NCBI GenBank assembly: GCA_002633005.1
Contig: NMRA01000282.1
Location: 271,748-335,747 of the forward strand
Origin: Phoronis australis
Lineage: Eukaryota; Animalia; Phoronida
Reading direction: 5' to 3'
DNA length: 64,000 nucleotides
Of this stretch, positions 27,912-40,125 are shown in pieces (the stretch's first letter is position 1; every line of letters begins with the position of its first letter). Below the pieces are notes generated by a model. It worked only from the letters and a program-made list of their open reading frames with translations, did no database searches and had not been told where the DNA came from. The translations under genes and the position numbers were made by a program.

Positions 27912-30405
27912 CGGAACTTCCGGGGCTAGTTCGGTCCCGGGACTAGTTGGGCCACCGTCCCAAACTCCGCAATTATATGTGCACTTTCAGCCTCAGTCAT
28001 TCTGAGCAATCACATGACTTGTACCACTACACTAAAACCACGCTGGTTGAAGGCGGAGTGTTTTTCTTGATCTGACAGGCAACGATTGGTTTTAATCCAG
28101 GAGAATAAACTTTGGAGCTTCACTCGATTCACTGCTGGCCGTAAGCCATGAGCATTGATGTAAAAATGTTTTGTTCGTGGGTTTTAACAACAGCTTGCTC
28201 TTCAAGACAGGCCATGCGTTTCTTCAGATTCCTCAGTGATTGATGAGGTAATCATGTGTTTCCATTTAGAGCTAGCGGGGCAAATTGGGCCCTTTGACAT
28301 GGGGCTAGTCTGGCCAGAGGCCGAAATTGCCCCGTTCACTTTACTTGTTTACCTGATATATCATCAATTAATGTTTTTTTTTCAGGAAATTTAATGAGCA
28401 GCATTTATTATGAAATTGCACAAACTCATCTTAAATATGTTTCTTTGGTAGCACATTGTCATTTTGAAGGTTTGTGAACAAAAAATATCATTTTTAAATG
28501 TAAATATTGTGGGCACTAAAAATGTGAAAGTCTTTTACTCTATGTCTGATGCAAAGGCAGAACGGGTTAAAAGTAAAGCCTCTGGCTTGTGATCTACATT
28601 TACCGGGTGTCGTCTGGTCTTGAACATGTAAAATGCCAAGTTTTAATTATCATTTGTTTGACATTACAAGAGAAAAACTAAATCAAGAGAATCAGATACT
28701 CTAAGGGCAGCAGTCAGACCATCCCACCCTTCTTGATTTATTCTTGAGCACATTATAAGGAATACTTTATAAATGGAGCACCTGCTAGCTCAAAATGAAC
28801 CGCTCTTCCATCAGGCTGGATGACAGTTGACAACTTCACCATGTTTCTTCTGCATTTCGTCGAAAATGTCAAACCATCAAATGATGCTCCCTTACTCATT
28901 CTTCTTGATAACCACGATTCACATCTATCCATCAATACCTTGGACTCAATTTACGAGGTTCAAGAGTTAGTGCTCATTACGATGGGGCAGTTTGTAAGAA
29001 CCCAGAATCGCCTATCCAACCTGAGCAATCCCGAAATCAGATTCAGCAGCCCGTGATTGTCGATAACCAAGGAAATGAGTGGTTTTCGTCACCCATGGGT
29101 CTGTTCATGAACATTACATTCACTAGAAAACATCTTCTACAAACTCCTCATTGTACCAAATCATTTGCTGAAGATTCAGTTCGCAAGGCCCTACCTCATA
29201 TCATTAATAACTTTCCTGAAAGTGATTCCCAAAAAAATTTTGCCCATTCGTTATCCTCTGAACAGTTATAAATTATTTTAGTTTGTTTGAAAGTTATGAA
29301 CTTGAGTGCACTATTCCCCACTGCTCTGTGAGTAACTATTTTCGATAATCTTTCCAAAAGTCTTTTTATAAGTAGTTTTAAGTTACATTATCACCTAATT
29401 GTATAATTATGATTATCTGTATATTTTATTTTTTATTCTTTGGTGGCTCCGTGGTCAGCGGACCCTTCGGGTCTTTCACAGTCTCCATAAGAGTATTACT
29501 AAATTTGTATTAATTGTATTTTTGTTGTTACGTGAATAGAGTGTTTTACTAGTATGTACTACAGACTACAGGCAGTGAGACCACACCCAACAGCTCCACC
29601 CTGCAAAACCACAGGTAGAAACAGAAAACGGAGAAAATCGTCCATTCTCACCTACACATCAGAGAAAGAGGCCTTGAGAGAACAAGCTAAGGGAAAGAAG
29701 AAATCTATGAGAAAGCTTGCTGTTGACACAAAACCAAAACAAAAAGAGAAATTGCCATTCCCATCTTCAGACAGCCAGTCTGAATTAACAGGAGTGTTTT
29801 GCCTCGTTTGTCTAGAGCCATATTTTAACAGCAGGAGTAAAGAAAAGTGGGTCCCCTGCGTTGAGTGCAAAGGGCAAGCCCACAAGGAATGCGATGACAA
29901 TGGGATGCTGCCCTTCTTTGTGTGCCGCAGCTGCAACTCAGATGAGGACTAAAGCAAATACGTTTATACTCTCACCTTGTTTACTTTTAATAGCTCATTA
30001 AGTAAAAAAGTAGCATTTGATCATCAGTTTAGTAGGTGAAAGATTATGATACTTGCGAAGTATTTTTAATAGACAGTTGACATTCAAGCCCTAGTTCTTG
30101 TGTAATTTACGGTCCTTTGGGACAAATAAACAGGCATACACCAACACAAAATTTTGCAAAAATGTGTTTTTGTTCATTTTAAGAGTACTGCAATGGAGGC
30201 CAAACTTGCTTGTTGGGCCCCCGAAAGTGGACATGTTAAAACGAAAATTGCTACAAGACTGGTGCACTTACATCGCTTAACTTTGCACCATATATTGGCT
30301 GACAGACCGCACTTCCTGCACAGCGCTTATGAATGAACCAGCTTAAACAGTTTCCACAATATCGCACTTTTTACAAAAAAGGGTTGAACTAGCCCTGGTC
30401 TCCCT
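27912..30405 (+). mobile_element. pogo/Tigger-like element (DDE_1 plus C-terminal PHD) nested in the Tc1-type element
   Basis: Imperfect TIR core ccggggctagtt / aactagccctgg. SGWMT..F..FL.HF..LLILLDNHDSH at ~28760-28940. CLVC..WV.C.EC..AH.EC..FVCRSC at 29554-29952. Confidence 0.8.
28950..29540 (+). mobile_element. Non-LTR (LINE) 3'-end fragment inserted in pogo
   Basis: Interrupts the DDE_1 frame. Has an RT C-terminal-like peptide (TRKHLL..AEDSVRKALPHIINNFP) followed by an AT-rich tail. Confidence 0.4.
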
Positions 30406-31441
30406 TAATTTAGACGGTTAAAATACAGATTTCCCCTATTCATCACTCCATTAGAGGTATGACTTCCGAGAGACGAATTTCACGCATTTAGAGTCTGAAT
30501 GTCAAAAAGGAAAATTCCCGAGTCCGAAATTCACTCTGATGATCTCACTTACGGCCAGTTTTGAAAAACGTTTTAGGCCTAAAGATAGGCACCTCGGGGG
30601 AAGGAGATCGGGATTTCAGGGATTTTGACCTTTTTACGTTTTGCTGGAGTGAGAGTATCCCTCCTGGGCCCGAGTACATTACGGCGTTTTCCTGTTGCTC
30701 CTAACTTGTCTGATTCTATAGCCCAACAACAAGTTGGGAAGTTTACCCCTGTAGCCAATATCTTATACGACTGATTAACTCCATGCTGGCATTTATGGTT
30801 GGAGGGCCAGCTCTCTTTTGTTCCATAAGTCTTCTAATCTCCAATAAGATCGTATCTACCCTGACTGGGATGTGCTGTTAAAAATTAAAGTTAAATTATA
30901 ACATATTTGAACATAAATCAATATCATTTCTGACATCTTCATCAAATGGTGACCATGTGTAGTTTTTGAATCGCCAAACTCGCCCAACTGCAACCGAAGT
31001 TACGACAATCTATTCTTTCCGAATACACCAATTCACTCTGGGTTTGCCTGTGTTTACATGTGGTCTGCCATAACCCTGGTACATAATTGGCCTGCCTGTT
31101 GTTATAACAGACAAAAGAGTGTGCTTGGCAGTTAACAAAGAAGCTATATGTTATAATAGGCTTACCGCCCCCTACCTCTGGTTAAGTCACTGAACGGGAA
31201 AACGCTGCCATGTAATAATAACCCCGGTGCAAAGGACTTAGTTGCATGGTGGCATGTGGACCTTTTCCTGTTACCGACTTTTCGCGGATATTTTTTCCAA
31301 GGATCGTACTTAGACCCTTATTACGGGCGTGCAGGTCCCCGTTTTATTTCAGTACTTACGTGTCACTACTTTTCATCTACTCACTGAAACTGGGGATGAT
31401 GTCACTTCCGCTGATTCTTCATGCATCAATTGGCTTGCCTA

Positions 31442-31935
31442 CGGAGCAGAAGAAATGTTCTCCCCAAGAGTGGATTCTGCACGGCTGGACTCTTGATCAT
31501 GAATTAAAAGACTTGGGTCAATTCTAGATAACATTCGTTTCACAGTTTCTGTCTCTCTTTCAAATTTGTCAATGGCAAATTCCACAATGCCCTTTAATTG
31601 ATTGGTTTCCTTCTGCACGTTAATCAGTGTTTTTTTTTGATGTCTCTTGCCCAAGTCAGGACCGACTCTCATGTTTCGTCTATGTTGCTGGAAGGGAATT
31701 GATCATCGACATGAGATGGTGATCTAGACCACTGGCTGTGAAGTTCAATGAAGCGTCTCCTCGTTGGCGTGTTACCGCCTATCACAGGGGTGCTGCTGCT
31801 GGTGACCATGGTTTGTGCTGCAGAGGTGTAGTGCGTCGGAGAATCCTGAAATGTGCTGGCAAAGCGAACCATAATTTCCTCGTCTTCAGATGAAGCCTCG
31901 AATGATGTGATTATGGAGAGAGAAGTGGGGGAGAT
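31442..31935 (-). pseudogene. Low-complexity/coiled-coil exon, probable upstream part of the Tc1 cargo BEN gene (disrupted)
   Basis: S/T/E-rich segment followed by coiled-coil-like VQKETNQLKGIVEFAIDKFERETETVKRML. One stop and one frameshift. GTAGGC donor. Confidence 0.45.
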
Positions 31936-32982
31936 CTACACGCGATACACTCTGTATTGCAAACTTGAAACTGATATACTTATCTGCACTGCTTTATAAA
32001 GGAATTTTGTCCTACACACTACTTCCAGTGGTGGCCCCTTTAATAGGGATAAAGTGTGGTCCCAAAATGTACTTGATGTATGCAGAATACCAGCCGAGGC
32101 ATATTAGCCTATGTTTGTGCAAATTTAGTATTCTGGTTATTTTTATTAAAATCGCAACCTGGAGAAACTGGTTAACCATAACTTTTGCCTGACAACATCC
32201 TACTAAAAGTAAGTTGGGAGGGGGCGGGTGCGTGTGGCGTGTATGTTAAGGGTGAGAATGGCTTGATTTTTTTCTTACATATCTGTATTTCTGTTCTGTA
32301 TACCAATAAAAAAAATTGCAACTGTAAAAAAAAAAATCGCAATTGACGGTTGAATTCTGGTACTATTTTTAACGTAGCGACATGTGTAGCTGTTGCTCAC
32401 ATTCTTTCATAGACGGCCTCCATCCTCGCTGCGAAACCAGAGTCAGCGTTTGTATACAAATGTTAGGTAATGCATGCATGTACATTGCGTCTTGTCTATT
32501 TAGCGATATATTTGACAGTTTCTTGGTGGTCAATTAGACCGATAGTCAAACTCATACCGACAAAATCTCCCAAAAAGCGTTCTACTGTATGGACTAACAG
32601 AATGTCACAACCCTCGAAGCTGGCAATACTAGTGATGAAGATATACCCCTTGTCAACTATTCAAGAGGACAAATTGTCGGTCGCAGGTACAGGGATGGAT
32701 TGAACGATTATGACGAAGAACCACTGGCAGCTTTTTCAAGGTCTTGGAAAGCTTAACCCGTAAAAGTTAGTTCTTGCTGTTACGTGCAGTTTATGGTATA
32801 AATGGTACTCATAACATAACATGCATCACAATTATTTCTATGTAAAGTGCACCACTACGTGTTCCAAAAATTTTAACAGCCATCAACTTCTTGCATTCAA
32901 TATTCATTTGTGATGTATATCTGTTATTTTTTATTCTATATTGTGCTTGAAACCACTGGTGATGTTGTTTTTAATATTCAGA

Positions 32983-33090
32983 TACCGTTTTCGCCGTAAT
33001 AACCGCCCATGCCCCTATAAGCGCCCCCCACGCGTTTTCAGACTTTGCTGAAATAAGTGCCCAGTCCATGAACGTGTACATGTGAACAAT
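32983..33090 (+). repeat. End of a TA-CCGT (pogo/Tc2-like) element; inverted copy at ~46634-46740
   Basis: taccgttttcgccgtaataaccgcccatgccc..gtccatgaacgtgtacatgtgaa matches the reverse complement of 46634-46740. Confidence 0.7.
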
Positions 33091-33212
33091 GACGTACCTA
33101 CAGTCCTAAAACTCGGCTACAGTAACGTCTTCCAATTTATCAAAAAATTTTTACACGGGTCTTCTGGACCACCAGTGGCACTGCTACGTACATATTTGTT
33201 TCCTGATTTCAG

Positions 33213-33623
33213 TTGCATGTCTGGGCCGGCATCAGTATGTGTGGAGCGACTTACAGATATCGTGATTTTTGAAGGAATTATGGATTGTTTTTTGTACATC
33301 TCAATACTACGAAAAGCACAGCTGCTATTTATTGCAAGGAAGTATACATCAATACTGGCCAAGAAGTTTATGAGGGACCAAGTGATAAATTGGGTGCCTA
33401 CCCCCCTGAAAGTGCAGACCTCAACCCAATTGAAAATGTCTGGCATGAACAAAAGGAATACATAGGAAAGCACTCTAAGCCAACCACCAAGCAAGAGCTC
33501 GTCAATGATATCCAAGCTTTTTGGAAGACTGTCACTCTAGCAAAATGCAAACGATATATTTGCCATTTACTTAAATTTGTTCCTGAAGTCATATGCTGTA
33601 ATGGAGCAGTCACTGGATATCAA
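33213..33623 (+). pseudogene. Tc1-family (DDE_3) transposase, last exon relic
   Basis: TTTCAG acceptor, then HVWAGIS..IVIFEGIMD..INW..PPESADLNPIENVWHE.K..KPTTKQELV..FW..GAVTGY. The QDNDPKH segment is missing. Confidence 0.9.
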
Positions 33624-35972
33624 AGCACAATTAAAGTTGCCAACATTATGATTGCATACCTTTGGCACTGCAGACACAATGAAACAAGTGTTATTTCTCT
33701 ACCTGTCAATACAATACCATTTGTCATCATCTTTCACATTTTACATTCAACTACATGACTTCAAAATTATGAAGGACCACCAATTAAATTTAAAGTTACA
33801 AATTGTCTTTGTTTTTTGATGGTCGTTATCATTAGTGACCAGTGCATGTTCTATGTGAATTAGCGCTCTTTAACAATTATAATGACGTGGCTGAATAAGA
33901 AACTATTGAGCATAATTTTTTTAATTGTTTTGATAGGTATAATTAATTCACTTGTACAGTATCTTGCACACAGATTTATGTTGTTATGTTGTAACAGTAT
34001 CGTTGGAATTACGAGTCTTATATTAGATATACACTATACACTGTGTATTGTATTTCATTTAAGTTCATACTATTAGATTAAATTAGTGCCAGTCTTGAGA
34101 ACTCAGCTTTACTCTCTGGTGCCTGCCTCATCAGTGGAAGAAAATGTTTATACATTGTATGACCTCAACAGAATATAATGTACATACGTGCAATTGATAA
34201 TTTGTCTGTCCTTGGTATGGTTTTCGAAGTTTAACATTCAAACATGCTGCTTTCGCTGACACATGCGATATTAGGGGGTTGTTTCATAAAAGTCACCTAC
34301 GACAGAAATTTGGTCTGATGCTCCCATTTCATCGCCTGTATCAAGTTTTAGTCAAGTACATTTAATTATGAGTGCATCGAAAATGAAAAAGTAATTTATG
34401 AAAATTTTATCGGTAACTAGCAGTGATGTGTGTATTCTCATAGACTTTTGCTCATGTGAGGTTTAATTATTTTTTAGAAATCATTACTTGCAGCGAAAGA
34501 CCAAAATTTCTGTCTCAAATCTTAAGTCACTTCAGAAAACAGACCTCTGGACATTACTTTTCACTTATATATAATTACTTGTTTTTTTTAGATAAACTAA
34601 TAAAGAATGTTAACACGCGTGTACATGGCGGAATTATTCAATTGCCTTCACGATATGAAGGAAATAGCATGTGAATTCTGAGCACATTTATCCCAAGTTC
34701 CAGCATCATGCAGAGAAAACTGATCGCGCCCATGCATTTGACAACAAATGACCGCTATTATTATTATTTCAGCGAAGAAGTACCCCGGGGATACTGTGTA
34801 CTCATTCGAAATGCATGTACTACGGAGATGGGGCTACAAATAATTACACCGCACTACGGATTGAGGACTTTTAAGTCAACACATTTGCTCAGCAGTAAGG
34901 GATGGGGATGTCAGATGGGCGGCCTATTGAAATTTTCTGTACGCCAGTGCAGTGCAAAAATTTACAGAGTGACGCAATTCTTTCACAAATGCGTAGGCTA
35001 TTTTTAGGGCGAATTAACTATATACAGCTGTGACAAGTTTCAAGGAGTCCACAGCCATGTAAAGATGACTCTGGATACAGGGTCGCGTTTATTCGTATAT
35101 ACTCATCGTGATTACTGTACATGTATGTCATTGATGGGACTGGCTTTTAAGTCGTAAATTGAACATGAACATGAAAGTGTAACACAAGACCAGCTGAAGG
35201 AAGACGTTTGTATGAACAACACGTGGAATTACAGAGTTAGTCGGAACCCAAGTGTGATAGATGACTGCTTACAAAGATACTCTATAATATACTATAATAT
35301 CCTTGCAACTTGACCGAAACAACAGTCAGATCAAGACGTTACATGTATTTTTACTGATTAGCCCGGTGCCCGACCATGGTTACCACAGCTACCGAAGGCG
35401 AGAGGAAAGCCTGAACGAGGCGTGAGGAAGGCGTTAACTAAACCGGAGGTAAGCGTGAGAACTACCTGGAGAGTAAGCGTGAGATGACCGTGACTGATTT
35501 CTGTCACGCCTGCGATCCGGTTAAGCTCCGGTCTGGCTGGGCATGAGGTAGCCCGGACGAAGTCTAATAATTCAGTAGCTGTACTGTAGCATGATTATAG
35601 GCATGGCCACAGGGGGACCCACACTGAGCAATAGACCAACCCCAAAATACCCCATGACACTCTACATTCTATGTCATTTACCCACAATCCCGCATACATC
35701 TGTCCAGCCCTTATCCTGCTAACTCAAACACTGCTGTGTTGGTCATTACATCATGTGAAAACTAATATTTCATCCGTCCTTTTAATGCCAGAGACATTTA
35801 CTTGAGGTGTGATACTGACGCCAGAAAATTGACGAGCATGATGGATACCAGTGGGCAATAACACCTCAAACACGACCAACATGTTGAAAGCTAAGCTACT
35901 TATACACTGGATTTTCCTACTTGTGGAAAAAGGAAGACATTAATTTGAGAGAAAGCGATTAAAGTTGCTTAC

Positions 35973-36170
35973 GATCTGTCGCCGAGGTCGTTCCCACCAG
36001 CTTTGAGGTACATGATGGGGTAGCGTTTACTTGCACTGGAGGGGTACCCTGTGGTCCAGTTCCCATGGTGACTGGCACTGGCTGTATCTGTTTCATGTCC
36101 ACTAGTTGTTTGAGCAGACCTCTGATAGCACTGACATCATCTTCAAGACTGCTAGACTCCATGAGGATGG
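35973..36170 (-). CDS. Host gene L, last shared exon (phase 1-1), coiled-coil-like plus linker
   Basis: Acceptor ttttgtatcccag, donor GTAAGC. Encodes ILMESSSLEDDVSAIRGLLKQLVDMK..TTSATD. 198 nt with no stops. Confidence 0.75.
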
Positions 36171-36852
36171 CTGGGATACAAAAGGTGCAGTCGTATTATG
36201 TGACTACTTCGTACGGGTCAAGTCGAAATAAAAGCTAACACAAAGTAGGATCTTCTGAAATTGGCATGCATTGTATGTCTTAAAGCCAGAAAACACTGGA
36301 GATTGAGCAGTACTGATGCCACCTAATGTTTGGCAATGGAATCAAGTTTAATTCCAACCTGCAAGCAACCCTATTGCCTTCGGGAAGGACATGCAGATCA
36401 TCACCTCAGCAGGCCAACTGACTATTGTCTACAACACTCCTCAGAAAGACCTGGGGTGAAAAGTGACTCAAAAATACAAATCCTGGGGCTTGTGATATTG
36501 TAAAAAGTAAATAATCTTACTGTGTTTCAATCACTTGACTTATGATCAGAGTCTCAATTCTCTCAATCAAGTAAGCAACAATATAAGCAGTATTTACAAT
36601 ATCCAGAAACCTGGTCTTACTCTACACAACTATTTCCAAAAAAACTGGTTTAACCTCAACAGAATAAGGTACTAAGCCTCTGGAAATACCCAAAATTCCT
36701 TTAAGTAATGAGCCATTACTGCTTCACTGTGATGTGACAACAATTACGAAATACCTTCATTCAAGTATACAGGAAAGAGAGCGCAAGACAAAGTTACTGA
36801 CTTGAGCCTTGAGTCCCTTTCTATGAAACAGGCCCCACAAATACTCAACAAC

Positions 36853-38376
36853 AGCAACGCAGAGCGTTGAAATGCACCCACAATTGCACCGCATACGGTA
36901 TCCTTCTAGGGTTGTTTATTGGTACCATTAAGTGGCCAGTAGAGGGCATATATGTAGTATGTTGTACTCAGCAAAATGGAAAGGCATGGTCATTGTCTCC
37001 TCAATAGGCTAGGGGCAAAATGTGAGTAATCTTCATAATACAAGCACATCCTATACACCAGTTGCTTAAAGCACCACAGAAACATAGAATTAAAAACAAA
37101 TTTACCAACATACGAGATTAGCACAGCATTAGAATGCCAGAAACAAATTTCTACTTGGAACTTTTCCTTCACAGTCACGAAGTAACACAAAGTATACACC
37201 TGAAGACCTATGAAAATACAGAGGTCAATGTAAAATACTAAAATTGCCACTAGAGGCAAACACTAAAATTGCCACTAGAGGCATACCGGTAGTCAGAATC
37301 ATCCTAAAGTCGTCATCGTCCGTTGTCAACATCACATAAATACACTTGCTAAATTTAGTAAAGATCCTGCAAACGGTTTGGGAGATACAGCCATGGGCGC
37401 AAAAAAACAAAACTGCCACTAGGAGGCGCCACAGTAGTCCAAATCGTCTGAAAATCATTGTCAGCTGTCTTCCTTATAGTAAGCACATACACGCCAATTT
37501 TCACAATCATCCTTTGAGCGGTTTGGTTGATAGAGGGGTGGACGCAAAAATACAGACTCGAAAACAGTAAAAATGGCCACTAGGTGGCGCAAACTACGTC
37601 GAATCCATCTGAAAACAGTAGGATAGCGTCATCTCACTAATAGGTGCCTACATACCAAATTTCATGAAAATCCGTTCAATACTTTTGAAGATACAAAGGT
37701 AAGCGTAAAAAACTAAAATTGCCACTAGGGGGCACACCGGTAGTCGGATCCGACCAAAAGTCGTCATCTTCCGTTGTTAACATCATATAAATATACTTAC
37801 ACAATTTGTAAAGATCCTGCGAACGGTTTAGGAGATACAGCCATAGGCGCAAAAAAACAAAACTGCCACTAGGAGGCGCCACAGTAGTCGAAATCGTCGG
37901 AAAATCATCGTCAACCATCCTCTACATAGTAAGCATATACATGCCAATTTTCACAATCATCCTTTGAGCGGTTTGGTTGATAGAGGGGTGGAAGCACAAA
38001 AACAGACTCGAAAACACTAAAAACGGCCACTAGGTGGCGCAAACTATGTCGAATCCATCTGAAAACGGCAGGATAGCATTATCTCACTAATAGGTGCCTA
38101 CATACCAAATTTCATGAAAATTCGTTCAGGACTTTTGAAGATACAAAGGTAACCGTAAAAAACTTAAATTGCTACTAGGGGGCACACCGGTAGTCGAATC
38201 CGTCCGAAAGTTCGCACATGCCGTCCCATTCATGAATGGAACATATGTGCCAAATTTCATGAACGTATGTCAAAGGGTTTTGGAGATAGAGCAGCGGACG
38301 CCGCCCGGATGGATGGACGGATGGACAGAGATGACGGCATAATGCGTCCACATATAAATATGTGGGCGCATAAAAA
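36853..38376 (-). mobile_element. HINE/DINE-1-like non-autonomous Helentron with central tandem repeats
   Basis: 5' T-run plus hairpin atgcgcccaca..tgtggacgcat, a GTCC/ATCC microsatellite, 144-161-bp subunits in a 450-bp higher-order repeat, a 3' subTIR tgtgggtgcat and the palindrome caacgc..gcgttg. Confidence 0.85.
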
Positions 38377-39498
38377 GTCAAGACCACATTTATTACTGTA
38401 AGAGATCAAAAGTTGGTATTCTTGACATCAGTGCCCTGGGTTTAATATTTGAACTCGGACTTGACAATCAACCAATAGCATACCGTATGATTCAAGTACA
38501 AATTTATACGAAACGTAGGATTCAACTGGTCAAGTTTCGAGTACTTAAGAGAATAAACCCCAGTCCCAGAAGTCGTCAGTTAAAAGTATGATGCTCCTTT
38601 ACAAAATTTTCAAAAAACACCTAAAACATACAAACCTTTTGTTACTTGCGTCTTGGAGGTAGAACTTTCATTTGGCAAAGGGTTACTGAGAGATCTATGA
38701 AGAGAGATCTACAATGAGACATATGGACACAAACCAACATCCTTAAGTATTATTGTGCAACGTTTCTGGCCTTTCTTTTCATCACAAATATAACTTTTCA
38801 GTTACTCATGAAGCACATCAACTACCAACACTTTAAACACTCTCATGAGATGAGTCTCCAAAATGACCTGGAGTCGTTTCATTAAACTGACTTAAGACTT
38901 AGAACGAAATTTAGTCTTTTGCTCACAGTTCACGATTGTTGAAAACAGGTTTAGCCAAGTAATTATGATTGCATCACAGTCTAGAAATAAATTATAGAAA
39001 TCATCAGTTACTAGTAAATTTGTGTATATTCTCAGAAACTTTCCACTTGAGCTTAAGTGAGATATCAGTGCCAGATAAACCATTAAACTAATTAAGCTCA
39101 GGGGCACCACACAACATAGAGGGAGGGGTGGAAGTTGTGCCAACCGGAGGAAGAATTGGATTGGGTCCCGAGAAACCTTATTCTGTCACTGAAGGTGATG
39201 TTCAGGAGAGCAAAATACCTGGCACTCTAACCTAGAAGGTAGCATCTCCGTGTTTATTATAGAGCTTCGATATTCATGAAAAACCAGTATGGGACAACAA
39301 TGCAAACTCACTTTGTCAAAGAATATTTTACCTCATTATCAACACTGTAGTGCAGCCGTATTCAAACACACTGTGCGCTCTAGCTTTTGGAAAACAATTT
39401 CAGTCACTGTTTTCATTCAAATTTGAAGCAACTTAAATGAACAAAGCCAGGTTGACATGAATCAACCAATCGTTGAGGTTGCTAGGAAACCGACTCAC

Positions 39499-40114
39499 TC
39501 ATTGGCTGTTAGTGGAGTATCCAGGTTGCGGTCACCACGCAGTGCTGGGGCCCTCCACCACAACTCTTCCTCAAGTGAAGTCTCCCCACCGCTCTCCTCT
39601 GAGCAGCCTTCCACAGGCTCTACCTTCACAACACTCATGCACAACGATGGTTGCGCCATCATCGACGCCTCGCCAGAATCCAGCTCTTTTTCTCTAGCCT
39701 TATTCACATCCGCAGTAAGTTTCAGTCGTGGCGAGGGTGTGGCAAAACCATCATCTCCTTGAGAAATCTGTAAATTTTTTTCGCGTACGTCACATTCAGC
39801 CTGTGTCTCCTCCACGTCCTCCATACGGTCGGCAGCAGCACCCTCTTCAGTGTCTCCAACACAAGTGGTCTCTTTTTCAGGTTCAATCAGAGACTCGCGG
39901 CAAGCACTTTTCAAATTCAGCTGCGTATTATTTGAGATCCTTTGAAACACACTTGGCGACTTCATGGCTTTGCTAGTCAGGAATGTTCGGCTAGCAGAAC
40001 GATACGGATGAATTCGATGGCCAACAGGGGAACAGGAGTCTGTACTTCTGTTCATTGATGTAGGCCACTTTGAAGGATGAATTACAGGTGATAGGGTGCT
40101 TTCTGTGGATTCAT
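39499..40114 (-). CDS. Host gene L, large low-complexity exon (phase 1-2)
   Basis: Acceptor ttcttctttag, donor GTGAGT. 616 nt open, containing HPSKWP, RIHPY and VKVEP. Confidence 0.8.
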
Positions 40115-40125
40115 CTAAAGAAGAA

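Larger units (their letters stand above)
26118..35586. mobile_element. Large Tc1/mariner-type element with cargo
   Basis: 26-bp TIRs CAGTACAGC(C/T)ACTGAATTATTAGACT match at 25/26. TA flanks at 26116-17 and 35587-88. Contains a Tc1 transposase relic. Confidence 0.82.

Noticed and set aside
37246-38190. Regularly spaced repeats resembling a CRISPR array
   Set aside because: The spacers are themselves repeated (450-bp higher-order unit), the context is eukaryotic and there are no cas genes. It is a HINE tandem array.
39085-39200. Proline-rich minus-strand segment (GFSGPNPILPPVGTTSTPP) as an exon of gene L
   Set aside because: I found no acceptor/donor pair giving compatible phases without a stop.
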